Positions 14,001 through 26,900 of a stretch of 64,000 nucleotides of DNA are shown one piece after another. The notes under the pieces were generated by a model. The model saw only the letters and a program-made list of their open reading frames with translations. It made no database searches and was not told where the DNA came from. Source of the DNA: Nitrospirales bacterium (GTDB lineage: Bacteria > Nitrospirota > Nitrospiria > Nitrospirales > UBA8639); NCBI GenBank assembly GCA_965203295.1, contig CBDBCZ010000013.1, positions 352,001 through 416,000 of the forward strand, written 5' to 3'. Position 1 is the stretch's first letter, and each line of letters starts with the position of its first letter. Position numbers and translations under genes: made by a program.

Positions 14001-15071
14001 ATTCAAGTGTCACTGAGTGGGGTGGACAATTCAAGTGTCACTAAGTGGCCTGGGGTGGACAATTCAAGTGTCACTGAGTGGGGTGGACAATTCAAGTGTC
14101 ACTGAGTGGCCTGGAGTGGACAATTCAAGTGTCACTGAGTGGGGTGGACAATTCAAGTGTCACTGAGTGGCCTGGGGTGAACAATTCAAGTGTCACTGAG
14201 TGGGGTGGACAATTCAAGTGTCACTGAGTGGCCTGGAGTGGACAATTCAAGTGTCACTGAGTGGGGTGGACAATTCAAGTGTCACTGAGTGGGGTGAACA
14301 ATTCAAGTGTCACTGAGTGGGGTGAACAATTCAAACGTCGCCGATCCTGGCCAAGTGACCTACAGCTCAGGAGGTGCAGCTTGTTAACATGATGAACCAA
14401 ATTACTGTGGCTATTACGTTTTTTGCCTTAAAACTGTAGTTGAAAGCAAGTACTGTCTATATTCACTAGGTAAACAGTGTTGTCCAAATGTTTGATATTT
14501 TACGTTTGTTTTACTGCCAAAAATAAATGTGTGCGTGAATAAAGTTTGGGAAAAAACAAGTTTACAAAAGCACAGCTACCGAGTTTTAAAAACCCTTCGG
14601 CAGCAACACACTGCCATAATGCAGCGTGTGGATAGCCAGCAGTTTCAAGTTTTTAGTAGGGATATGAAAGAAGGATACTCTGTGAACTATAGTGAAGACA
14701 TTAAGCCATAAAGAGCAGACTAGGTGAGTATCAACTAGTTTAGGAAATTATTAAGGAGATGGAGTTAGCTTCACACATGTACAGGTTTTACACTACCACA
14801 TAAAAGCTTATTTGTAAGATTCTTTAGTCAAAGAGAACATGACTGCAAACAATTAATGCATAGTTTTGAGGTTAAAATCTTAGATATATTAATACTAGCT
14901 ATAATTGTACTGTGCTGCTATCTGTGTATAGCAAGGCAAATACTTATGCCTACTACCCTTAAGCATTTTGCTTGCTAAAATTTCTGTTTTTATTTAGGCT
15001 GATCAGTGAATACGTACAGTAACTGAATGAGTAAGAATCGATTGGATATCTGCATGAAGACGAAGTGAACA

Positions 15072-18000
15072 ATGAATACAGAAGTTCACACTTTATTCAT
15101 CCTTGCCATACTGCTATGCCTCAGTGTAATAAATGTCAGTTGCAGGCTCATATATGTGACTCCAGAGAAGGAACACAGCTGCTATAATGACACTACGCTG
15201 TGCTGTACACTTTCCCACATTGTTGAACATCCAATAAACTACTCCTCCAATACAGAAATCATCTTTTTACCTGGTATTCACACTACTAACACCAATGGCA
15301 GTATAGTTGTTGCAAATGTTAGTAACATAACAGTAGATGGAAGGGGCAGTGTAATTCAATGCATTAAAGATCAAGGAGTAGGGTTTGTTTTCATAGATAT
15401 CAAAAATATGTCCATTACTAACCTTCATCTTTGTCAGTGTGGAGCAAAACTGCCGGACAAAATAGTGCAATTAATAAACAACCACTCAGAATTTTCCAAG
15501 TTATACTCCAACTGCGATAATCAGATACCTAATGTCCACTACAAAGACTTCTATACCAAGAGCTTTCCAGCTTTGTACTTATTTCAAGTGACCACAGTAA
15601 CTATTTCATGGGTCAATATCCGAAATTCTTCCGGTCCAGGACTACTGGGGCTCAACTTAATGGGGCATTCCACCATATCTCAGTCCTTTTTTATTGGGAA
15701 CCATCCTAATTGTGCATTTCTACTCAAGGATACAGCTCTACAGTCGTTGTCTCTACTTGATTCTAAAATTATACACAGGGAGTATATAAACAAACACATG
15801 ATTGGAAAAGCAGGGGATATCATGTGGATTTTTCTAATATCCCAAGGAGTTCCCGTCCTTTAAAATCCCGTTCATTCCAGACCAACTACATCATAGGGAT
15901 TTTGGGAGAAAATTTTGCAACCCTGATGATGTGGATTTCATAGTGATTTCATAGTGATTTCATTTCCCCGTCAAAGAGATATGAGGGGTTTTTCCTTGTT
16001 GAATTTTTTCCCCATCCTGGTGTAAAGAAAGGCTTTAGAAAGGCTTTAGCATGGGAAATTTCATTTCCCGTCAAAGAGATATGAGGGGTTTTTCCTTGTT
16101 AAATTTTTTCCCCATCCTGGTGTAAAGAAAGGCTTTAGAAAGGCTTTAGCATGGGAAATTGTGGTAAAATGTAGTGTGACCCGCTAATTGAGGGTTAACC
16201 CTGGTAATTACTATTTTCCCTATCATGGTGTAAAAGAAAGGCTTTAGCACGGGAAATTGTGGTGAAATTTAGTGTGGCCGATTAATTGAGGGTTAACCCT
16301 GGTAATTACTATTTTCCCCATCATGGTGTAAAAGAAAGGCTTTAGCACGGGAAATTGTGGTGAAATTTAGTGTGGCCGATTAATTGAGGGTTAACCCTGG
16401 TAATTACTATTTTCCCCATCATGGTGTAAAACAAAGGCTTAAGCACGGGAAATTGTGGTGAAATTCAGTGTGACCCGCTAATTGAGGGTTAACCCTGGTA
16501 ATTACTATTTTCCCCATCATGGTGTAAAAGAAAGGCTTTAGCACGGGAAATTGTGGTGAAATTTAGTGTGGCCGATTAATTGAGGGTTAACCCTGGTAAT
16601 TACTATTTTCCCTATCATGGTGTAAAAGAAAGGCTTTAGCGCGGGAAATTGTGGTGAAATTTAGTGTGGCCGATTAATTGAGGGTTAACCCTGGTAATTA
16701 CTATTTTCCCTATCATGGTGTAAAAGAAAGGCTTTAGCGCGGGAAATTGTGGTGAAATTTAGTGTGGCCGATTAATTGAGGGTTAACCCTGGTAATTACT
16801 ATTTTCCCTATCATGGTGTAAAAGAAAGGCTTTAGCGCGGGAAATTGTGGTGAAATTTAGTGTGGCCCATTAATTGAGGGTTAACCCTGGTAATTACTAG
16901 TTTCCCTATCATGGTGTAAAAGAAAGGCTTTAGCGCGGGAAATTGTGGTGAAATTTAGTGTGGCCCATTAATTGAGGGTTAACCCTGGTAATTACTATTT
17001 TCCCTATCATGGTGTAAAAGAAAGGCTTTAGCGCGGGAAATTGTGGTGAAATTTAGTGTGGCCCATTAATTGAGGGTTAACCCTGGTAATTACTATTTTC
17101 CCTATCATGGTGTAAAAGAAAGGCTTTAGCGCGGGAAATTGTGGTGAAATTTAGTGTGGCCCATTAATTGAGGGTTAACCCTGGTAATTACTATTTTCCC
17201 TATCATGGTGTAAAAGAAAGGTTTTAGCGCGGGAAATTGTGGTGAAATATAGTGTGACCCATTAATTGAGGGTTAACCCTGGTAATTACTATTTTCCCCA
17301 TCATGGTGTAAAAGAAAGGCTTAAGCACGGGAAATTGTGGTGAAATTCAGTGTGATCCGCTAATTGAGGGTTAACCCTGGTAATTACTATTTTCCCCATC
17401 ATGGTGTAAAAGAAAGGCTTTAGCACGGGAAGTTGTGGTGAAATTCAGTGTGGCCCATTAATTGAGGGTTAACCCTGGTAGTTAATTTCAAATTGGGGAA
17501 TGTGCGATTTCAACAAACAAAAAAAAGTAAAATGCGTTATAATGAAATTCTGCCGTTAGCCTTGTACCTGTAATACCAGTTATATTATTCAGGAAATTAG
17601 TGTGAACACTCTGACCCAGAATCAGTTTCCAATGTCCCGCTACATGTAGGTTGCGGCTAAAATTTATATGATAGCTAGTAATTTATTAAAGACACAGGGT
17701 TGTAAATAATTCTGGTACAAGCCCAATTTTCAATCCTTGAATGACGAAGTAGATCTGATGACTTAATCAATAAAATAAACAAACATGACCTTCACATGCA
17801 TGTACAATACATATACCTGAGTTATTTATCAAAGTTCAGCACTTTATATCACTCCATCTGTGGAAAAGAAAACAAAATTACAGCAGTATTACATGCAATT
17901 AGTAATCATGCTTGCATCTGTTTATACATCCATTTTACATTAAAAAGCAACAAGGACTACAGACAAGCACAATGGCTTAGCTATGGGCAGGGGGGAGGGG

Positions 18001-21000
18001 AGGATGAACACATGCATGTCCCCCACACTATTACAGGGAATGCGTGCCAATAGGGGTTGGCTGACAGGGGATGTCCTCGGAATTACATCGCCTAACCCTG
18101 GCCCTCACGCTAATACAAATTTTCGCGGTCCATCTGCTATAGTTGACCCCAACTCAGACCACACCTTCGAATTGACAGACAGAGCACGCTAATGGCAACT
18201 ACTGCTGAGCCGCTTCCGTGATCAGCTGCTAAACTTCTTTATAAGGTCAAACCTATATAGCTCCCACTAGAGCACCGATATTGGATTATACAATAGTCTA
18301 TAAGAATTCTTCATCAACTTGCCTTTGGAGTACACTCGTAGTGACCATCTGGAACTTTGTTTACGGTCCCTCCCTCTCCCTCTCCCTCTCCCTCTCCCTC
18401 TACCCCTCCCTCCCTCTCTCTCTCTCTCTCTTCTCCCTCCCTCCCTCCCTCCCTCCCTCCCTCCCTCCCTCCTTCCCTCCCTCCCTCCCTCCCTCCCTCT
18501 GCTACAGATGTCACCCAAGTCCCACTTCAGTTTCTCTGAACCGAGCCAGCTCGCTAAACTAAGACTATGAGATGTGGGAGGCTGCAATGACAGAGGGTGG
18601 GATCAGGACACACACAGCCAGACTGCACCGGTCACCTACACTGTACAATTAGAAGCAGTAGTTTCTTTTCATTTTTTACGACTCATTTTAGCAAAGCAAC
18701 CCTCCATACTGATGGAGTTGATCCCTGCAAGCGCAGTTTGTACCATGCAATCTGTAAATATATTTCTCTCACTAGCAGCTATATAGTCATTGTTGATTTT
18801 TTGCTGTTGTGTGTGTTTTATGTGATGTTCTTGTATATCATGCACTGAAGCACAGGTATTCAAATTTTGCGCCACACTTAATCAGACTTCCCATACTGAT
18901 ACGTTGTTAAATACCTACACATAAAACACTTGTCCCAACAGGTGTCCTCAACACTAGAATGAAAGAGGAGGCCCCTAGTGTTACTGTGGTGATATGGGCT
19001 TCCCAACCCGAACCTTTTAGTGTGACTTTAGATGATAGGGCTAGGAGAATACAGTCGGGGAATGTGAGGCGGATAACTAGAATGAAAGAGGAGGCCCCTA
19101 GTGTTACTGTGGTGATATGGGTTTCCCAACCCAAATTTCCCCATCATTTCCCAGACTAAAACACCATGAAGGAGAAAACTATAATGACTAGGGTTACCCC
19201 TTTACCACGGCATTTCCCCATCATTTCCCAGACTAAAACACCATAAAGGAGAAAACTATAATGACTAGGGTTACCCCTTTACCACTGCATTTCCCCATCA
19301 TTTCCCAGACTAAAACACCATGAAGGAGAAAACCGTAATTACTAGGGTTACCCCTTTACCACTGCATTTCCCCATCATTTCCCAGACTAAAACACCATGA
19401 AGGAGAAAACCGTAATTACTAGGGTTACCCCTTTACCACTGCATTTCCCCATCATTTCCCAGACTAAAACACCATGAAGGAGAAAACTATAATGACTAGG
19501 GTTACCCCTTTACCACTGCATTTCCCCATCATTTCCCAGACTAAAACACCATGAAGGAGAAAACTATAATGACTAGGGTTACCCCTTTACCACGGCATTT
19601 CCCCATCATTTCCCAGACTAAAACACCATGAAGGAGAAAACCGTAATTACTAGGGTTGCCCCTTTACTACAGCATTTCCCCATCATTTCCCAGACTAAAA
19701 CACCATGAAGGAGAAAACTATAATGACTAGGGTTACCCCTTTACCACTGCATTTCCCCATCATTTCCCAGACTAAAACACCATGAAGGAGAAAACTATAA
19801 TGACTAGGGTTACCCCTTTACCACTGCATTTCCCCATCATTTCCCAGACTAAAACACCATGAAGGAGAAAACCGTAATTACTAGGGTTGCCCCTTTACTA
19901 CAGCATTTCCCCATCATTTCCCAGACTAAAACACCATGAAGGAGAAAACTATAATGACTAGGGTTACCCCTTTACCACTGCATTTCCCCATCATTTCCCA
20001 GACTAAAACACCATGAAGGAGAAAACCGTAATTACTAGGGTTACCCCTTTACCACTGCATTTCCCCATCATTTCCCAGACTAAAACACCATGGAGAAAAC
20101 CGTAATTACTAGGGTTGCCCCTTTACTACAGCATTTCCCCATCATTTCCCAGACTAAAACACCATAAAGGAGAAAACCGTAATTACTAGGGTTACCCCTT
20201 TACCACTGCATTTCCCCATCATTTCCCAGACTAAAACACCATGAAGGAGAAAACCGTAATTACTAGGGTTACCCCTTTACCACTGCATTTCCCCATCATT
20301 TCCCAGACTAAAACACCATGAAGGAGAAAACCGTAATTACTAGGGTTGCCCCTTAATCAAATTGATGCACTGCATTTCACCATTATTTTCCAAACATGAG
20401 CACCATGATTGGGAAAACCACAATAACTATCATGGTGAACACTTCGGGTGTTTAAAAACCCCATGATTGCCTATGATGTCCCTACCTTGCAAACCTCGTG
20501 ATTTAGCAATCACTGTGATTTCTTCATGATTTCCCACTCTTGCTGATAGTTAGCAACAAGTCTACTACAGCAGCACAAAAAACCCATAACTATAGGTCGG
20601 GAATTCCAGGGAATTCCAGGGGAAAATTATATCACTATGATAGGTTTGGAACAAATTTTTCCTGTGATATTTGGTGAATACAATACAAAAAATGAACTTA
20701 AGGTTGCAGCTGGCTTGACAATAATTTTTTATAACATTTCCCTGAATATTAGCAATGTCACTGTATATGGCAGTAGTATTAGGATTTGCTACAGTAGCAA
20801 TGTGTTCTTGTCTACACAAGAGGATGTTAATGTAACAGTTAACATTGACAAATTGAACTCTAGCTATTCAATTGGAGCAACGGTTATGGATATACATGGA
20901 GCACCTGCAAATTGTTTCTGTAATATTGCGATAACAGAAAGTGTTTTTAAACACAATAATCATGACTCAGGAGTAAATGTGATTGGTGGACAAACATGCA

Positions 21001-23660
21001 CTCTCACACTAGAGAATATCACCTTTCACAATAATTCTATGGCTCTATGGGCTGTAGCTATAACTACAATAGTAAAAAATGTAAATTTTACATATAACAC
21101 TGCCAATGATTTCACATTATTTGGACCAATTGTCATATCTAGGTGTAACGTAACAGTAAAGGGAAATACCATATTTTTTGAAAACAGAGGATCTACAGCT
21201 GCTGTAGTTATAAGCAACAGTTATGTTGTATTTGAAGGAAACACTACATTTCAGAAAAACAGAGGAGAAATAGCTGGTGCAATACATGTTGAAGAATCAC
21301 AACTTCACTTTCAAGACAACATGCAATTTGTGGAAAATGTTGGGTATGATGGTGGAGCTATAGCATTCCATGAGAATACGCACGACGTAAATTATTTCCT
21401 GACTATAGCTCATAATTTGAGAGCTAATTTCACAAGAAACCATGCTAGGCACTATGGAGGTGCAATTTATGTGGGCAAGACCTCTATGCAACCACGAACA
21501 AAATGTTTCTATAAACCTGAATATCCTCTGAGTCTACAAACTAGTTTTATGGTTTTTACAAACAATACCAGTGAAATTGCAGGAAGTGCAATATATGGTG
21601 GATGGGTACAGCGATGTTACATTCAAAAATATCAATATCTTGATGTGCACTATACATTTATAAATGGAAATTGGTTTTTCAATAGAACATTTCAAATATC
21701 AACAGTCAGTTCAGATCTCTCTCCAGTATCCTCTGAACCAGTTCGTATTTGCTTATGCTATAACTCTAAGCCTGACTGCAACATTACTCACCACAGTGTC
21801 AAAGCCTATCCTGGAGAGATGTTCAAAATCTCTGCAATAGGTGTTGGTCAAATGTATGGTACAGTGCCTTCTACAGTTCATGCCCAAGTGCGTCATACAA
21901 TTGCACCCATTTCATCAAGACTTGACAGTTGGCAGGATGTACAGACACTTCCACAATTTTGCACTGACTTAAGTTACACAGTAAAATCACCTAACAGTGC
22001 TGAATATTTTAAGCTGATAGTCGAGTCAGATATGAAGGAGAAATTGTTGTCAGAATCTATTATTTACCCAGATAAAAGTTTTAATACTAATCTATTTGCT
22101 GATATAGCTGTACATGTAGAGCTGAGACCGTGCCCTCTGGGGTTCAAGATGGATAAAGCAGTCTGTTCCTGCCACCCACAGCTTCAAGCTCTTCGAATCC
22201 AGTGCCATATCGCAATTGGAAAAATTCACAGAGACGCAAAATTTTGGATAAATGCAACATTTTATAGAGGATTACCAGTTGGCATTTTAGTGCACCAGAA
22301 CTGTCCATTTGACTACTGCAAGCCCTACAGTTTAAACCTGAGTCTAGAAAACCCAGATGAGCAGTGTGCCTTCCATCGCTCTGGGATTCTCTGTGGGGCA
22401 TGCCAAAACAGCCTCAGTCATGTATTGGGATCGTCTAGCTGCAAACGGTGCTCGAATCTCTGGTTGATTCTGTTCATCCCTGTGATTGCAATTGCTGGCA
22501 TTGCCTTAGTGGTCTTCCTAATGCTTCTCAACCTCACAGTATCTGTAGGAACTGTCAATGGTCTGATCTTCTATGCCAACATAGTCAGGTCAAACCAGGC
22601 GGCTTTCTTCCCACAAAACACTGACAAATCTTTTCTTGGTTGGTTTATTGCCTGGATGAATCTTGACCTGGGATTTGAAGCATGCTTCTGCAATGGTTTG
22701 GATGCCTACACAAAGACATGGCTTCAGTTTGTCTTCCCAATGTATATCTGGTTAATTGTCATCGTAATCATTGTTTCCAGTCATTATTATACAACTCCAG
22801 CAAAAATTGCAAGCAAGAATGCAGTACAAGTCTTAGCAACATTATTTCTCCTCTCCTATGCTAAATTATTGAGACTGACTATCACCATCTTTTCATTTAC
22901 TACCCTGGAAAATGGTGGATTCATTGGAAGAGTCTGGCTTTATGATGGAAATGTGGACTACCTTAAAGGAAAACACATTCCACTATTCATGGCTGCTCTG
23001 CTGGTACTTCTGGTCCTCTCCCTACCCTACACAACCCTGCTCTTGTTTATTCAGTACCTTCAACTGAAATCAAAACACAGAGCCTTGTTTTGGGTTGGGA
23101 AATTCAAGCCTCTTTTTGATTCATACACAGGTCCTTATAAGGACAAACACCGCTACTGGACTGGACTTCTACTGCTAGTTCGTGTTATGCTATTCCTGAT
23201 CTTCTCAGTCAATGTGTTTGGAGACCCTGCAATTAACATGCTTACTATTGCCGCCGCAATGTTCTTACTGTTTTCTTATGTTGCAGGTACAAATCATGTA
23301 TATAAGGCCAAGCATTTAAACGTGCTTGAATACTCCTTTTTTCTCAACCTAGGTATTACTTCCACAGCATCACTATACACCTCCCGTACCACAAACAATC
23401 AGACTGCTGTAATCTACACATCGGTAGGTATAAGCTTTGTTACATTCTGTGTCATTGTCCTTTATCACATTGTGATCACAATCAAATCACACTGTCACTG
23501 GGTAACCACAAGAATAAATAGGAGCATTTACCAGCAGCAACGAAATCAGAATCAAGAAACAGATCAGTCAAATCACACTACTCATCCACAAAGCAATCCA
23601 CAGGTGCCCATAACCTTCATTGAATTACGTGAACCACTGTTGGAATACTGTGACAGATGA
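15072..23660 (+). CDS. Pmp-like right-handed beta-helix, Cys-rich, multi-pass TM receptor-like protein (about 1230 aa), interrupted by a transposon
   Basis: Signal peptide, IYVTP and IIFLPGIH N-terminal motifs; FxxN / GGAI repeats; CPLGF, CPFDYC, DEQCAFHRSGILCGAC; several hydrophobic helices at the C-terminus. ORFs 15072 and 20637 share a frame and join as ...DSKI-I-FGEY... when 15774-20666 plus one ATA is removed. Confidence 0.85.
16140..17480. repeat. 98-bp tandem array (about 13-14 copies), left subterminal repeat
   Basis: CTGGTAATTA recurs at 16201, 16299, 16397...; each unit contains the palindrome AGGGTTAACCCT. Confidence 0.95.
18367..18500. repeat. (CCCTCT)n/(CT)n/(CCCT)n microsatellite
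   Basis: Direct reading of a pure pyrimidine tract. Confidence 0.95.
19134..20353. repeat. 77-bp tandem array (about 16 copies), right subterminal repeat
   Basis: CCAGACTAAA recurs at 19151, 19228...; the reverse complement resembles the 98-bp unit (CATGGTGT...GGGAAAT..TGG.GAAAT..AGTG, GGGTAACCCT). Confidence 0.95.
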
Positions 23661-23971
23661 TCCGTATCTCAAGCAATCAAAGTAGCAACTATTCGTGTAC
23701 TACATTTGCATATAGGTGTCTTTCTCACCGGATTATACATCCCCTTTTCTGCTTGATTGCCTTATTTACAATTGGCTGTTTGATTTTCTACTTGATATTA
23801 TTTTTATACAAATTGTATCAAAACATTAGATAATGTGTAGCCTGAGAAATTGCCGAGCTGCTTGGTGCAGTAATTAGCACGTAAAAAAAAACTAGTGCAC
23901 GGGCAGTGTTGCAGCGTTTTACGGTCGTGACGTCACAAGCAAAGCACTCGATCTAGTCGCCCTATTAAAGA

Positions 23972-26900
23972 ATGGGGTGTGTGGTAAGTATTTTTCGAAT
24001 TTGCTTTGAAACTGGCGCTGGTATTGTCAGATGGGTCTTTTACACGGTTCCGGTTGGTTTATTGAGATGGGCACGGATCTCGTATAGAGGATCTGTGAGA
24101 CGCTCATTAGTGCACACGCGCACGGACGGTGAGTTTGAGCGACTTACGATTTACCATGGTCCACATTCTGATTATAGCGTTAATACTGCATATTCCTATT
24201 TTTGTATGTACATGTAGCTGAATCCACCAATAGCTCACTTACAGACATTGAGGTTGAACAACTATCGGCAACTGCCGATTCAGAACATGCCACAGTCACA
24301 GTTACTTGGCAGCCTCCACTTGCCGTACCTACTAGACTTGTTGCTCACTATGAACTCTGCTTCCGACCGGTGCGCAGTGAGTCCGATCAGCAGACTCTAC
24401 GAACTGATGTTGGTGCTGGAGGAAGCTTGTCGATTGTTATTGCAAGAGAAAATGGACTGAAGCCTCTGAAGGAATACGTATTTGGTGTCAGAGCTGTCTT
24501 TAGGAGTGGAGCAGTGGGAAAATGGAGTTGGTTAACTTGCTTTGTTGGTATGTTTTGTGATATCAATCATTGTACAAACATTGATAACATATTTCTGCTC
24601 TGCTCATGTCCTACTTGAAGAATGGCAATGTCAACAGCCCTATTGTAGAGAGAATCGGTTGGAGAATCCCAATGGTGACATACATCATTTCTGCAGAGCA
24701 CACTGTAATGGTTAGTCACTATAGTGGCTAGTTACTACGTAACTGTACTCCCAGCTACATTTGTATAGATAAATTGATATATAGATACTTCATGACTCCC
24801 ACTGCAGCAGGTTCACAGACTACCTATATACACATCACAGCCCAATGCATTACAGACGGTAGCTACAAATCACAGTGCAGTGCGTTTACGGAGACCAACC
24901 TGGGTAAGGAGATGTAGGGAGGATGGTCTCCGTAAACACACTGCGCCGTGATTTGTAGCTACTCTGTAATGCATTGGGCTGTGATGTGTAGGTATATATA
25001 GTCTGTGAGCCTGTTGCAGTGGGAGTTATAGCTTGTTCCCTTTGTTTTTGTGGAAGTGCAGCCGTACATGAATGGTTATTACACTTTTTAGTTAAGTGCT
25101 TTTTCACGGTAACTTGTTTTGGGTGTTTTTTAGGGGGAGGGGTGTGACAGTAGAGCCTGGCTACAAGGACACAGTTATTTTTCAACAGCACCTCTGACTT
25201 GTGCCAACCAAACATACGTAATCAGCAAATGTGAGTAGCTAAGTGTAGCTATTCATTTTTATAGCTACAGCATGTACAGTTCGTGTAACTTACATGCCAA
25301 GCAGCCTGCATTGGCCTGCACGATGAAAGGTAGGCATCAAATAGACGAACATGTGGTGGCAGGCAGTCTGCGCATGCGTATCCTTACCAACAATTGTGTG
25401 TGAATGACAAGCATTCAATCGAGAGTGCTCGTTATCACTGCTGAACTAATTCCAGTTCTTTGAGGACGCTAGCTATGCCCGAAAGGCACTACCCGAGGGT
25501 TGATCATGCCCGTTCGTGTTGCATGTTGGAATCTTTGTAATCGCTTCGCCCATTATTGTGCTAGCCTGGCTGAACTAAAAAGGACGAGATAGACGAATCT
25601 GCAGTTAACCACTTGCCGCTTTGGTACTTTAGAGATATTCTTCAACAGAGTTAACAGACTGGTTGGTGATGACAGCGCTCGAGAATAACTGGTAGGGCTC
25701 ATATTAGCTCTAGACTACGCCTACAGCAGAGTTTTGAACATGTCATTTAATACACAGCTAATGGAGACGCCATTTTTTTGGTGCCATCCCTACATATGGA
25801 GTACTACCGTACTCCATGATTGTAGTACTCCATGATTCATATACTAAAGTACGCCTCCACATGTGTTTATGAGCCTCAACATGTAAGCAGTCATAATGAC
25901 TAAACATACTGTGAATATGTCAAGTGATGTTTTTGTTCAATGCTGTAGTTATTCTTTCTTGGGGTATAGCGTTCATCATAAGCTAAGCAAAATTCCCCCA
26001 TGCATATATAGATGGGGTGAGCCTGCATGAGCAACCCTCACGTAAAGCTGTTGTCAAGTTTATGTCTGTTGTAGCTGGTACACTACAAAAACTTTAGGGT
26101 TGTTGATTAAGCTGGGTTGCCTCAGATGCAATTTAGGGGTGATGCACCTCCTGGTCCAACTTGACCATATAAAGGCGCAGCCATGCACGGTGGTAGCATG
26201 CAATAACACGTGAATATTGGTGGAATGCTGGGTATGCAATAACACATGAATATTGGTTCAGTTCCCCCCTTATGTGCATGGCAGGAGCATGCATGCAGTA
26301 ACACGTGAATTCATACTGGTGGAACTCAGCCTCTAATCTGCATGGCATGAGCATGCAGTAACAAATGTTGCATACTCAAGCCATGCAGATAAGGGGCAGA
26401 ACTGAACCAATATATTATAGTCATGTGTTAATTCATACCCAGAATTCACGTAAACATTGGTGGAGTTCTGCTCCTTATCTGAGCATGCAATAACAGCAAC
26501 TACATGCGATGCGATTACAGCTGGGTTCATGCATATAGCGGGCAATATTAGGTCATGCAAAAGACAACAGCTTGCACAACTGCAACTGAAGTAACCTAAT
26601 CAAGATTGAATTAGCCGTCCTTTTTGCAGTGTAGTATATTGTGTTGGAGTTGAAAATGTGCATGAGGAGAGATGTGATAGAGAGACAGTCGAGACCTCTA
26701 TGACGTTGCTGTCTTGAATGTGGAATGATAGCCTCGTTCACAGGCCACCCAAGTTGTAGACTTGCGTTGCCTGGAAATGAGGCTAGTAGAGTGATCATTC
26801 AGCGAATCTAGAGCAGTATAATTATACTACACAAAGGTTTTATAAGGTGATCGCATCTGGTGAGAAAAGCATCATTCCCAAGTACTGCCATTGACAGAGC

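Larger units (their letters stand above)
9438..14334. repeat. 28-bp tandem satellite (GTGGGGTGGACAATTCAAGTGTCACTGA) with embedded MITEs
   Basis: Dozens of near-identical 28-bp monomers, with 32-bp variants (GTGGCCTGGGGTGG) and a block of CACCG variants at ~11170-11430; interrupted by five insertions. Confidence 0.97.
15774..20666. mobile_element. Non-autonomous CACTA/CMC-like element, 4893 bp
   Basis: Ends CACAGG...CCTGTG, 3-bp TSD ATA (15771-15773, 20667-20669); large subterminal tandem arrays at both ends; no transposase ORF. Confidence 0.85.

Noticed and set aside
9438..14334. CRISPR array (28-bp repeats with intervening unique sequence)
   Set aside because: Monomers are head-to-tail without spacers, the inserts are 360-700-bp MITEs with TIRs/TSDs, there are no cas genes, and the context is eukaryotic.
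18267..18587. RG/EG/PS-rich ORFs
   Set aside because: Translations of a microsatellite.
15774..20666. Insertion as a spliceosomal intron of the receptor gene
   Set aside because: Boundaries are CA...TG with a TSD, not GT...AG.
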